IMG/VR virus record: IMGVR_UViG_3300020195_000410
Coordinates: 1,972-65,971 of that record
Length of the DNA stretch: 64,000 nucleotides
DNA from: a virus
Lineage: Duplodnaviria; Caudoviricetes
Direction: 5' to 3' (one strand)
The position numbers were made by a program, and so were the translations under genes. The notes below the pieces were generated by a model that saw only the letters and a program-made list of their open reading frames with translations, made no database searches and had not been told where the DNA came from. Positions 48,571-57,180 of this stretch are shown here, in pieces (position 1 is the first letter of the stretch; the number at the start of each line of letters is the position of its first letter).

Positions 48571-48644
48571 GGCACCGTAGACCAACGGCAGGAGTCGCCA
48601 GCATCAGAGGCTGGATAGTGTGGGTTCGAATCCCACCGGTGCTA
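48571..48644 (+). tRNA. tRNA-Leu(CAG), short variable loop
   Basis: ccagc-atCAGag-gctgg. Confidence 0.85.
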
Positions 48645-48655
48645 CTACAAATTTT

Positions 48656-48735
48656 GGAAGTGCTGCTGTGTGGGAACAGGCCGTCGCTGTAACCGACGTG
48701 TCTCTGACTAGGGGGTTCGATTCCTCACACTTCCA
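48656..48735 (+). tRNA. tRNA-Tyr(GTA), atypical D-arm
   Basis: cgtcg-ctGTAac-cgacg; ggaagtg/cacttcc. Confidence 0.75.
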
Positions 48736-48744
48736 CTGATGATT

Positions 48745-48828
48745 GCCCATGTGGTGAAACAGGTAAACGCACATGTTTCAAAAACATGCCTCTTAAGTGA
48801 GTTGCAGGTTCGATTCCTGCCATGGGCA
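48745..48828 (+). tRNA. tRNA-Leu(CAA), long arm
   Basis: catgt-ttCAAaa-acatg. Confidence 0.9.
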
Positions 48829-48832
48829 CTAT

Positions 48833-48920
48833 GGATTAGTAACTCGACCGGCGTCGGGCACTGTTTTGAAAACAGTTGGAGCTATGAGAATAGCTTGGGG
48901 ATCGACACCTCACTTCTCCG
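48833..48920 (+). tRNA. tRNA-Ser(TGA), atypical (6-bp D stem, two acceptor mismatches)
   Basis: actgt-ttTGAaa-acagt; ctcgac-cggc-gtcggg. Confidence 0.7.
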
Positions 48921-48952
48921 CTTGTTGATCTTTGACAACTTGGATATGATAC

Positions 48953-49026
48953 GGCACTGTGATGCAATTGGCAGACATCTTCGACTTAAAATCGGGGTTC
49001 TGTGGGTTCGATGCCCACCGGTGCTA
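48953..49026 (+). tRNA. tRNA-Leu(TAA), short variable loop
   Basis: ttcga-ctTAAaa-tcggg. Confidence 0.8.
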
Positions 49027-49030
49027 CTTT

Positions 49031-49115
49031 GGAAGATAAACTGGCTAGGTCGGCCAGCACGGTTTGCTAAACCGTTGGTCCCTTCGGGGATGAGAATCGT
49101 GTTCTCTGTCTTCCG
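49031..49115 (+). tRNA. tRNA-Ser(GCT), 8/4 fold
   Basis: ggaagata/tgtcttcc 8 bp; T stem gaga/tctc 4 bp; acggt-ttGCTaa-accgt. Confidence 0.8.
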
Positions 49116-49122
49116 CTTGATT

Positions 49123-49207
49123 GGAGGAATAACCTGACAGGCGTCAGGCACCGTTTCGAAAACGGTTGGAGCTATAATGGCTTGGGGTTCGAGACCTCAT
49201 TCCTCCG
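49123..49207 (+). tRNA. tRNA-Ser(CGA), 6-bp D stem
   Basis: accgt-ttCGAaa-acggt; cctgac-aggc-gtcagg. Confidence 0.8.
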
Positions 49208-49213
49208 CTTAAT

Positions 49214-49297
49214 GTCCAAGTGGCGTAATTGGTAGCCGCAACAGGTTGAGAGCCTGTCGCCGTCATAGGCGTGGAGGTTCGACTCCTCTCTTGGACA
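49214..49297 (+). tRNA. tRNA-Leu(GAG), long arm
   Basis: acagg-ttGAGag-cctgt. Confidence 0.9.
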
Positions 49298-49300
49298 CTT

Positions 49301-49387
49301 GGAAGATGAACTGGCTAGGTCGGCCAGCACTGCTTGGAAAGCAGTTGGTGCCCTGTGTGGCATGGGAATCGTGTTCTCCGTCTTCCG
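49301..49387 (+). tRNA. tRNA-Ser(GGA), 8/4 fold
   Basis: ggaagatg/cgtcttcc; actgc-ttGGAaa-gcagt. Confidence 0.8.
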
Positions 49388-49388
49388 C

Positions 49389-49496
49389 TTGCAACTTGTT
49401 CTCCCTAACAACTATGGGACCGGGGGAGCGTGAATACAGGTTCGAAGTCTGGCCTGCGGCTGCACAAGCTAATGGCGAGTCCCAGACAAGTTGCAA
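49389..49496 (+). ncRNA. candidate pseudoknotted ncRNA between tRNAs
   Basis: 11-bp closing stem ttgcaacttgt/acaagttgcaa; loop tgggac complementary to gtccca. Confidence 0.55.
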
Positions 49497-49500
49497 AATT

Positions 49501-49587
49501 GGAACAATGGCAGAGTGGCTTAATGCACCGGTCTTGAAAACCGGAGATCTCGCAAGGGGTCCGTGGGTTCAAATCCTACTTGTTCCG
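49501..49587 (+). tRNA. tRNA-Ser(TGA), canonical
   Basis: ccggt-ctTGAaa-accgg. Confidence 0.92.
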
Positions 49588-49597
49588 CTGAAAAATT

Positions 49598-49684
49598 GGA
49601 GTGATGGCAGAGCGGCTTATTGCACTCGCTTGGAAAGCGAGAGTCCCCGAAAGGGGACCGGGGATTCGAATTCCTCTCACTCCG
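49598..49684 (+). tRNA. tRNA-Ser(GGA), canonical
   Basis: ctcgc-ttGGAaa-gcgag. Confidence 0.9.
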
Positions 49685-49688
49685 CTTG

Positions 49689-49979
49689 ATGGAATATAAC
49701 TTTGACAACTTTTTCATAGAAACTGTTGCCAACTTTACTCGATGCGAATTACCAGATCGAGACCCAGACTTCTTTTCGTTCAGCGGATCGACATACTGGG
49801 ACTGCGGTGATAAAGTAATACGCTGGAGTAATCACTGGGGAAAGAACATCAGCACTTGTTGCTGGTATCTGGACTTCAAAGAATTGAAGTTACAGAACTC
49901 CTTGGCTGGCTGCTGTTACTACGAAGATTTTCGACACAAAAGGAATTTACTAGATGGATACGAAAGTAGTTCAGATTGA
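49689..49979 (+). CDS. hypothetical protein
   Basis: MEYNFDNFF..., SGSTYW...RWSNHWG. Confidence 0.65.
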   Translation: MEYNFDNFFIETVANFTRCELPDRDPDFFSFSGSTYWDCGDKVIRWSNHWGKNISTCCWYLDFKELKLQNSLAGCCYYEDFRHKRNLLDGYESSSD

Positions 49980-50094
49980 GCTTACAGAAAGCGACATCAA
50001 ACGAATTCGTGCGAACCTTGTAGTAGATTGTTTTGTCACTCTGGACAATGGCCAAAAGGTACTTGTCAGGATGACTAAAGAGGACAAGAAGTAA
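49954..50094 (+). CDS. small hypothetical protein (46 aa)
   Basis: Hand-translated MDTKVVQIEL...; AAGGA RBS. Confidence 0.5.
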   Translation: MDTKVVQIELTESDIKRIRANLVVDCFVTLDNGQKVLVRMTKEDKK

Positions 50095-50151
50095 TGATGA
50101 ACTGGATTTTGATTCGTGATGGTCCGTGGACCTCCTATTCGGAGGTATTTC

Positions 50152-50427
50152 ATGGACATCACAAAGATCTGGTTGTCGCAGAGGAATCTGCGTCGTGCTG
50201 GGCAGATCCCGGCAATGATTGAAACTTTGTGTGAAGGCGGCGTACTGCCACCAATCACACTGGCTCGATGCGAGGATGGAGAAATCCAAGTCGAGGACGG
50301 CCACCACCGCTTGACTGCCATTTGGCTGTCAGGCAGAACTGATCTGGACGATCACGAGTATTTCGTGGTAGAAAAAGATCAGTGGAAGCCAAGAGTCGGA
50401 AGACTCTCAGTACAAAAATTGGAATGA
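50152..50427 (+). CDS. ParB/Srx-like N-terminal domain protein
   Basis: LPPI...EDGHHRL; GGAGG RBS. Confidence 0.7.
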   Translation: MDITKIWLSQRNLRRAGQIPAMIETLCEGGVLPPITLARCEDGEIQVEDGHHRLTAIWLSGRTDLDDHEYFVVEKDQWKPRVGRLSVQKLE

Positions 50428-50428
50428 C

Positions 50429-50501
50429 GGGTCGTAAGCTAATCTGGTGAAAGCGATTGCCTGAAGAGCAATAGAGGTTGGCTCGAAACCAACACGACCC
50501 A
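50429..50501 (+). tRNA. tRNA-Phe(GAA), atypical
   Basis: attgc-ctGAAga-gcaat; T loop ctcgaaa. Confidence 0.8.
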
Positions 50502-50503
50502 CT

Positions 50504-50582
50504 GGTTGCTCGATAATAGCTAAGTATCCCTACTGTCGATTGGTGATGGGGTGAAAACGGCTACCAATCTTGTCGAGCAACC
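50504..50582 (+). ncRNA. candidate pseudoknotted ncRNA between tRNAs
   Basis: ggttgctcgataa/ttgtcgagcaacc stem; gattggt complementary to accaatc. Confidence 0.55.
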
Positions 50583-50587
50583 TTTAT

Positions 50588-50662
50588 GGTCAGTGAGCTA
50601 GTACGGTTATTCAGCGTATGCCTGAAGAGCATAAGAACTCGGTTCGACTCCGAGACTGACCA
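50588..50662 (+). tRNA. tRNA-Phe(GAA)
   Basis: tatgc-ctGAAga-gcata. Confidence 0.85.
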
Positions 50663-50878
50663 CTGTGGCTAAATGCCACAAACTTTTCTCGTTCATTTGG
50701 AATCACGGTGATTCCTTTTGTCCGCTTCGGCGGAATGCAAAATGCGAAGTGTGGAACCTTGTAGGGGAAGCATGGGAGAGGAAATACATCATGATTCTTT
50801 TCAGACATGAGGAGCGATAATGAAATATCGACCGCAATTCTTTCCGTAACGCAATAGTGCGTTTTTGGAGAGAACAAC

Positions 50879-51211
50879 ATGGGAAGGTATCGTCAACATC
50901 GACGCCCAAGAACAACTCAAGAGCGTCGTGAGAACGGGAAACGCAACTCCATCGACTTCGATGGATACAAGGTGAAGATCAGAGCAAGCCGCAACATGAG
51001 CAATCTTGTTGAAGCTTGGGATGACATCAACAGGAGCAGTTCTGAGGATCGCTCTTGGAAGAAGTTCAGGAAAGAACAGTACAGACCAAGAGATGTTCTC
51101 GAAGGGAAGACTGTTGGTCAATTGCTGATTGAAGGTCTTGAAGAATTCCTTAAAGATCTGAAGTCTGGAATTGATTTGGACACAAAGTATCGAATCACGA
51201 GATTCGAGTAG
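50879..51211 (+). CDS. basic hypothetical protein
   Basis: 110 aa; GGAG RBS. Confidence 0.65.
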   Translation: MGRYRQHRRPRTTQERRENGKRNSIDFDGYKVKIRASRNMSNLVEAWDDINRSSSEDRSWKKFRKEQYRPRDVLEGKTVGQLLIEGLEEFLKDLKSGIDLDTKYRITRFE

Positions 51212-51233
51212 GCAGGGGCCGAAAGGCCCAAAT

Positions 51234-51306
51234 CGGGCGTAAGCAACTGTGGTCAATGCGTCGGTCTGAAAAACCGAAGAATCTGGTTCGATCCCAGAAC
51301 GTCCGG
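51234..51306 (+). tRNA. tRNA-Phe(GAA), G73 discriminator
   Basis: tcggt-ctGAAaa-accga; cgggcgt/acgtccg. Confidence 0.8.
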
Positions 51307-51307
51307 C

Positions 51308-51437
51308 TTGTGAGAATGTAGAACGGATTACATCTGGATAAAGCGACTTTTCCGAAAGGATTGGTTTCGAGGCAGGTTCAAATCCCGCCAATCAGGAGCA
51401 ATCCTGAAAACGTATCTGTTCAATTCTTGTCTCACAA
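51308..51437 (+). ncRNA. candidate T-loop-containing ncRNA (Y-RNA-like?)
   Basis: ttgtgaga/tctcacaa and gaacggat/atctgttc stems; ggttcaaatcc T-loop; GNRA hairpins. Confidence 0.55.
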
Positions 51438-51441
51438 AATT

Positions 51442-51530
51442 GGAAGCGAGTAGAAGAGGCTATCTTACCCGGTTTGCTAAACCGGCAGGCGGTGAATGCC
51501 GCCTTGCGAGTTCGACGCTCGCCGCTTCCG
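51442..51530 (+). tRNA. tRNA-Ser(GCT)
   Basis: ccggt-ttGCTaa-accgg; long arm. Confidence 0.8.
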
Positions 51531-51542
51531 CTAGGTGATATT

Positions 51543-51794
51543 ATGAGCAAGAAAACTTTTTACAGACAGTGCCGTCTTCAAAGACACAACACCGAAACAG
51601 TCAGTTGGATTCCCTCTGAATTCGCCAAAGTTGGTTGGGTGTTGAGTTTGAAGGACAAAGAAGATTGGACACACGATTGGAAAGTCCTTTCTGCTGGTTC
51701 TGAACATGAAGGTAAGCTTGTAGAAAACCAAGCTCATAATTCAGGAAACATCTGGGAGCCGAGTGCCTTACTTACTACCAGAGGAAACAAGTAA
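51543..51794 (+). CDS. hypothetical protein
   Basis: MSKKTFYRQC...; AGGTG RBS. Confidence 0.65.
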   Translation: MSKKTFYRQCRLQRHNTETVSWIPSEFAKVGWVLSLKDKEDWTHDWKVLSAGSEHEGKLVENQAHNSGNIWEPSALLTTRGNK

Positions 51795-51977
51795 CTTGGA
51801 ACAAGAAATCAAATGTCCTTTTTGTGGTCGAAAGAAAGCTGTCGTGAAGCAAGATGACTATGTTTATCTCTGCACTCATTGTGACAAGCTGTTCGATCCC
51901 AGAGAGGATTAACAAGGAGGATATCATGCGATACGAACACGAAGAACAACCGAACGAACAGTCCTGCTTTCGAAACG

Positions 51978-52145
51978 ATGAGTAAGAGACGTAAAGGTTT
52001 CCCATCAGAAACGAAGGTCAAACGTGGCGTGAGAATCGTTCACGGAACAAAAGAACTATACGAGAAGCTCGGACGTAATGATTTGTGTCCGTGCGGAAGC
52101 AACAAGATCTACAAGAAGTGCTGTCTACAGTCAGGCCGGTTTTGA
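51978..52145 (+). CDS. SEC-C motif zinc-binding protein
   Basis: [20 protein letters not shown] (below the ORF-track cutoff). Confidence 0.85.
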   Translation: MSKRRKGFPSETKVKRGVRIVHGTKELYEKLGRNDLCPCGSNKIYKKCCLQSGRF

Positions 52146-52207
52146 TGGCGTACTCAGACATGACTTTTTTTAGGGAATAAACTTCCAGAGGGTTTCGGCC
52201 CTCAAAT

Positions 52208-52291
52208 GCCGTCGTGGTGTAACTGGTAGCCACGCTAGACTCAGAATCTGGTGCCCGTAAGGGCGTGGAGGTTCGACTCCTCTCGACGGCA
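52208..52291 (+). tRNA. tRNA-Leu(CAG), long arm
   Basis: ctaga-ctCAGaa-tctgg. Confidence 0.92.
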
Positions 52292-52306
52292 CTTGGAGAC
52301 AATGTA

Positions 52307-52567
52307 ATGAATGATGTTGAATTCATGGATCGAGTTCAGCTAAAAGCCGAAGTTAGAAGACTTCGGCAAGAGCAAACAGAAGTTCGTCAGATAACGCAAG
52401 AATGGTTGAATCAGCAAGGACACAATCGTTGCTGGTATTACCCAGAACTATTTGCTAAACTGGCGGAGACTTTGGGACTTCAAATTACGGTCGATCCGGC
52501 TTTGCCGCCGAGACCAGAATTTGAAGAAGGTTGTCGGAAATTCCAGAACGAGGAATTCGGATCATGA
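52307..52567 (+). CDS. hypothetical protein
   Basis: QGHNRCW...LPPRPEFEEGC. Confidence 0.65.
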   Translation: MNDVEFMDRVQLKAEVRRLRQEQTEVRQITQEWLNQQGHNRCWYYPELFAKLAETLGLQITVDPALPPRPEFEEGCRKFQNEEFGS

Positions 52568-52666
52568 GAAAGAAATATCGGGACTACTGCATCAGTTGTA
52601 GCCCATCGCAGTGTCGGCCTTGCATGGTCGCTGCGGTGGGAGCAACTTACCATGCAGGAGTCCAAG

Positions 52667-52954
52667 ATGAAACGATGGCACGAAGAGTATTCTCGCACTC
52701 ACCGAGAATGGAAGAAGCACTACCTTGTTCATGTTGAAAGCAACATCAACTACAATCGTGATCCCTTCAAGATCGACTGTATTTGTGATCAACAAAAAGG
52801 TCGCTTCAGGAAGATCAAGAATTTAGACTGTGGCGTTCCTCAATGTTGGTTGTGTCACAGCGACAAATTCCCTGTGAGAGAAAAGACAAGAAAAGAACTG
52901 ATTGCTGATCTCAAGTTGGAAGAAGGAATCTCAGAACTGAAGGGAATCGAGTGA
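52667..52954 (+). CDS. hypothetical Cys-rich protein
   Basis: CIC...GRFRK...DCG.PQCWLCH; AGGAG RBS. Confidence 0.65.
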   Translation: MKRWHEEYSRTHREWKKHYLVHVESNINYNRDPFKIDCICDQQKGRFRKIKNLDCGVPQCWLCHSDKFPVREKTRKELIADLKLEEGISELKGIE

Positions 52955-53118
52955 TGTCAATCAAATACGTTGTGATGAAGGTGAAAGTATCTGGCGACTT
53001 TGAGGTCGCCAGATTTGACACCGAAGAGAAGGCTGAGGAAAAAGCCAAGAGTCTGGCGTCAGCCGATGTGTCTGGAACTGTTGAGTTCTACATTCGGAAG
53101 ACATGGACAAACAAATAA
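52954..53118 (+). CDS. small hypothetical protein (54 aa)
   Basis: TGATG overlap; hand-translated. Confidence 0.5.
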   Translation: MSIKYVVMKVKVSGDFEVARFDTEEKAEEKAKSLASADVSGTVEFYIRKTWTNK

Positions 53119-53123
53119 CAAAC

Positions 53124-53205
53124 GGGTCGGTATGCAAGTGGCTAAAGCAGCCAGACTGTAAATCTGGTCTCTCCGAGTTCGGGGGTTCGAATCCCTCCCG
53201 GCCCA
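53124..53205 (+). tRNA. tRNA-Tyr(GTA), canonical
   Basis: ccaga-ctGTAaa-tctgg. Confidence 0.92.
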
Positions 53206-53215
53206 CTGTTTGTAA

Positions 53216-53305
53216 GGGGAAGTCTGCTGAGTGGGATCAGCACCTTGGGTCGTAACCCAAGGCGTCATTGATCAAGACTAGGAGGTTCAATTCCTCGCTG
53301 CCCCA
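53216..53305 (+). tRNA. Tyr-like tRNA with 8-nt anticodon loop
   Basis: ccttgg-gtcgtaac-ccaagg; body resembles the 48656 tRNA-Tyr. Confidence 0.6.
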
Positions 53306-53320
53306 TTTGAAAGACATGAA

Positions 53321-53548
53321 ATGAGCAAAGCATCTGACCTTCTTGACGACTATGTTCTTTTCATTCCTGATTGCTACAAAGCACCATGGACTAAAGTTGG
53401 TCCGGGAGGAATGATTGAAAAGATGTCTCCTGAAAAAAGAGAGATCTTGAAGACTTTGAAGTCAGAAGATTTGCAAAATGTGCGGCCTGATTCGACGTGG
53501 ATTTATCAAAAGCCACAAGGAAAAGGTCGCTGGGGAACTAGAAGATAA
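53321..53548 (+). CDS. hypothetical protein
   Basis: 75 aa ORF. Confidence 0.55.
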   Translation: MSKASDLLDDYVLFIPDCYKAPWTKVGPGGMIEKMSPEKREILKTLKSEDLQNVRPDSTWIYQKPQGKGRWGTRR

Positions 53549-53571
53549 TTGAAGATGTGTAGTCTTCAAAT

Positions 53572-53652
53572 GCTCGTGTGGTGAAACGGCAGACACGCCA
53601 GACTTAGGATCTGGTGCCGAAAGGCGTGTGGGTTCAAGTCCCTCCATGAGCA
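53572..53652 (+). tRNA. tRNA-Leu(TAG), long arm
   Basis: ccaga-ctTAGga-tctgg. Confidence 0.92.
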
Positions 53653-53729
53653 CTAAGGATTGAACGGCTCCAAAAATTGTACCAACCTTCTTTGTCACAG
53701 CAAGGAGGTACAACCAAAAGGATAGTGAG

Positions 53730-54926
<1,197 letters not shown>

Positions 54927-55021
54927 ACCAATCGAACAAAGACGTTAAAAAGTTGACGATAATTTCAGAGGCGTCATCTACGTTGGCCGAAGTACAAGGC
55001 GTCATCTTTGTTCGATTTCAT

Positions 55022-55094
55022 GGCTCGGTAGGCAAAGGCAGACCACAAACATTTAGAATGTTTGATGCTGTGGGTTCGAGTCCCACCTGAGCTA
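55022..55094 (+). tRNA. tRNA-Leu(TAG), short variable loop
   Basis: aaaca-ttTAGaa-tgttt; ggctcgg/ctgagct. Confidence 0.8.
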
Positions 55095-55108
55095 CTTTGG
55101 AGAAAAAC

Positions 55109-55354
55109 GTGAACTATTTCAACACGATGATGTCGCTCAACAACTTGCAAATTTTGTTGAACACATTTCAATTGGGGTTCTTGTACAACGCTCTTGTGCG
55201 AAGATTGAGTGTTGTTCCACATCCACCGGATACAATTTATCCAGTGATATTGGCGTGTATCGGCATTGTTCTTTACATTCCGCTATTTGTAACAAGACAA
55301 CAATTGTTGCGTCGAAAGAACAAAGATGATACATCACAGATTGGCCACAAATAA
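55109..55354 (+). CDS. small membrane protein
   Basis: Hydrophobic segments; GGAG RBS before GTG. Confidence 0.5.
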   Translation: MNYFNTMMSLNNLQILLNTFQLGFLYNALVRRLSVVPHPPDTIYPVILACIGIVLYIPLFVTRQQLLRRKNKDDTSQIGHK

Positions 55355-55535
55355 CGAACAACATTTTGGGGTCAATGTGAACCATGAAAAGACTCGTGTT
55401 TTGCTTCAGCTAGGAGACGGGATGGAGCAAGTGCGAGTGCAGTTGACGGCAGATGAGGTTGATCAAGTCATCACTCATCTGCAACAACGAAGAGAAGAGA
55501 TTAGGCCCAGCGAACAGCTTGGCCAAGAAGATTGA
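55326..55535 (+). CDS. hypothetical protein
   Basis: 69 aa ORF. Confidence 0.5.
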   Translation: MIHHRLATNNEQHFGVNVNHEKTRVLLQLGDGMEQVRVQLTADEVDQVITHLQQRREEIRPSEQLGQED

Positions 55536-55537
55536 TT

Positions 55538-55618
55538 GTCCAAGTGGTGAAATGGCAGACACGCCAGCTTGAGGGGCTGGTGCCGCAAGGTGTGGAGGTT
55601 CGAGTCCTCTCTTGGACA
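55538..55618 (+). tRNA. tRNA-Leu(GAG), long arm
   Basis: ccagc-ttGAGgg-gctgg. Confidence 0.92.
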
Positions 55619-55669
55619 CTATGTTGACGAGTGTGTTGGTACAAGTGGCAGCAAGCCTCATTGGAGTAA

Positions 55670-56062
55670 TTGCATTATATGTCTACCACAACTGGAAGAG
55701 ATAATGGATTGCTTCCATGCGGACATGAAAAGAAGTATTCCTATTTTCATCCAGCTTTGGTAGGATCTTCTAGGTTTCGCTGTGGCAAGTGCGATGATCC
55801 AAACAGGAATACAAGAGCAATGCAAGAACTAGAACCAGAACAACAGCAATTGCCAAAGAAACCGTGTGTGATATGCGGAACAGAGTTGGAGTGTGCGGTT
55901 CAAGATTGGACCACTTACCAGCCATACAAGGGTGGTGAAATTCAGTTGTTGTTTGGATATGGCTCTTGCAAGTTTGATCTGAACTTGCATGGCACGGTGT
56001 TCCGTGGAATCATCTGTGATGATTGTTCAGAGAAGTTGGTCCAGAAGATGGACCCAAAATAA
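55670..56062 (+). CDS. Cys-rich hypothetical protein (start uncertain)
   Basis: CVIC and CDDC pairs. Confidence 0.5.
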   Translation: MHYMSTTTGRDNGLLPCGHEKKYSYFHPALVGSSRFRCGKCDDPNRNTRAMQELEPEQQQLPKKPCVICGTELECAVQDWTTYQPYKGGEIQLLFGYGSCKFDLNLHGTVFRGIICDDCSEKLVQKMDPK

Positions 56063-56065
56063 TCT

Positions 56066-56147
56066 GGCCTCGTGGTGAAACTGGCAGACACGCATGACTC
56101 AAAATCATGTGCCGCAAGGCGTGAGGGTTCGACTCCCTCCGAGGCCA
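56066..56147 (+). tRNA. tRNA-Leu(CAA), long arm
   Basis: catga-ctCAAaa-tcatg. Confidence 0.92.
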
Positions 56148-56150
56148 CCT

Positions 56151-56462
56151 ATGAGTAAAATCGAAATCCCCGGATTCTATCGCTTCCTCAGAAGGCGAAC
56201 AAGAACCAAAATTCTCAACAAGCAACGTCATGGTTATCGAGGCGTCAAGCAACGATATTCTGTTTGGCGAGCGGAATACAACCAGAAATGGGAAAAGTCC
56301 GACAAAGATCTTGTTGAGAGAATCTGCCGTGACAACGAACTGAATCTCTGTGATTACTTCGTTGGAGACGAAAACGAAAGAACTCCTTGGGAGAAGACAC
56401 TAAATAAACTCAGATCCGCTGGGTTCGGATTGTCCAAGTCACCGATCAAGGAGTTATCATGA
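56151..56462 (+). CDS. hypothetical protein
   Basis: MSKIEIPGFY... Confidence 0.6.
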   Translation: MSKIEIPGFYRFLRRRTRTKILNKQRHGYRGVKQRYSVWRAEYNQKWEKSDKDLVERICRDNELNLCDYFVGDENERTPWEKTLNKLRSAGFGLSKSPIKELS

Positions 56463-56557
56463 TGAAAGTTTTAGATGAATGTATGTGTGCGGTTTGTCAG
56501 GCAGAGCGTCAGTTAATCGAACTGATGAAACAGCTAGAAGCAACAAATAGCTAATAA

Positions 56558-56767
56558 ATGACAGAAGAATGTCCCAAAAGAGAATGTTTCCATTGGATTC
56601 CTCCCGGTGGAGCCGCAGACATGTCTAGGAAGACTCACAAATCCGTTCAGGATGCGTTCAAAGACGGCAAGTGGGTGAGTTTCCCAGAAGGCGGTTGTTC
56701 ATGCACATGGGGGTCATGCAATCGAATTGACCCAGCTAGTGAAGATGATTTTTTTGAACCATGCTAA
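56558..56767 (+). CDS. small Cys-rich protein
   Basis: 69 aa ORF. Confidence 0.5.
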   Translation: MTEECPKRECFHWIPPGGAADMSRKTHKSVQDAFKDGKWVSFPEGGCSCTWGSCNRIDPASEDDFFEPC

Positions 56768-56769
56768 AT

Positions 56770-56853
56770 GGCCTCGTGGCGTAATTGGTAGCCGCACAGA
56801 GCTTAAGCCTCTGTATCCTTGGTGATGTGAGGGTTCGACTCCCTCCGAGGCCA
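56770..56853 (+). tRNA. tRNA-Leu(TAA), long arm
   Basis: cagag-ctTAAgc-ctctg. Confidence 0.9.
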
Positions 56854-56904
56854 CCTTGAATAAAAGTCCACTTTCCATTATCATGGCTCCAACCTTTAGG
56901 AGAA

Positions 56905-57180
56905 ATGATCATGAGAAAGTGGACTTTTTTGTTGCTGGTGTTAGCACTCGCTGGATGCACAGAGTCAGCCAAACCGGTCGAGAAGATGAATTCCAAGAAC
57001 GGCTGGCTGGTCGAACTGTGCTTTGAGAAGGATGACTTCAAAGTCTATCGCTTCAGCGATGGCCATTCAGAATGGCGGTACTATGTTGTCCCAGTGGGGG
57101 AAATGATCGACCATGTGACGACTTCAGACGATGAAGGAAATGAGACGCATCATCCACGGAACACAAGAACTCTCAAGTAA
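56905..57180 (+). CDS. lipoprotein
   Basis: Signal peptide with LAGC lipobox. Confidence 0.75.
   Translation: MIMRKWTFLLLVLALAGCTESAKPVEKMNSKNGWLVELCFEKDDFKVYRFSDGHSEWRYYVVPVGEMIDHVTTSDDEGNETHHPRNTRTLK

Noticed and set aside
48414-48644. Repeated tagaccaa.ggcaggagtcg units resembling a CRISPR array
   Set aside because: These are D-arms of three paralogous tRNAs; no CRISPR array or cas gene seen in the window
49389-49496. Known self-cleaving ribozyme (hammerhead, twister, HDV/theta)
   Set aside because: I could not fit the catalytic core consensus by eye; kept only as an unknown ncRNA
48384-49732. ORF-track calls overlapping the tRNA cluster
   Set aside because: They overlap well-formed tRNA genes and lack RBS or protein motifs
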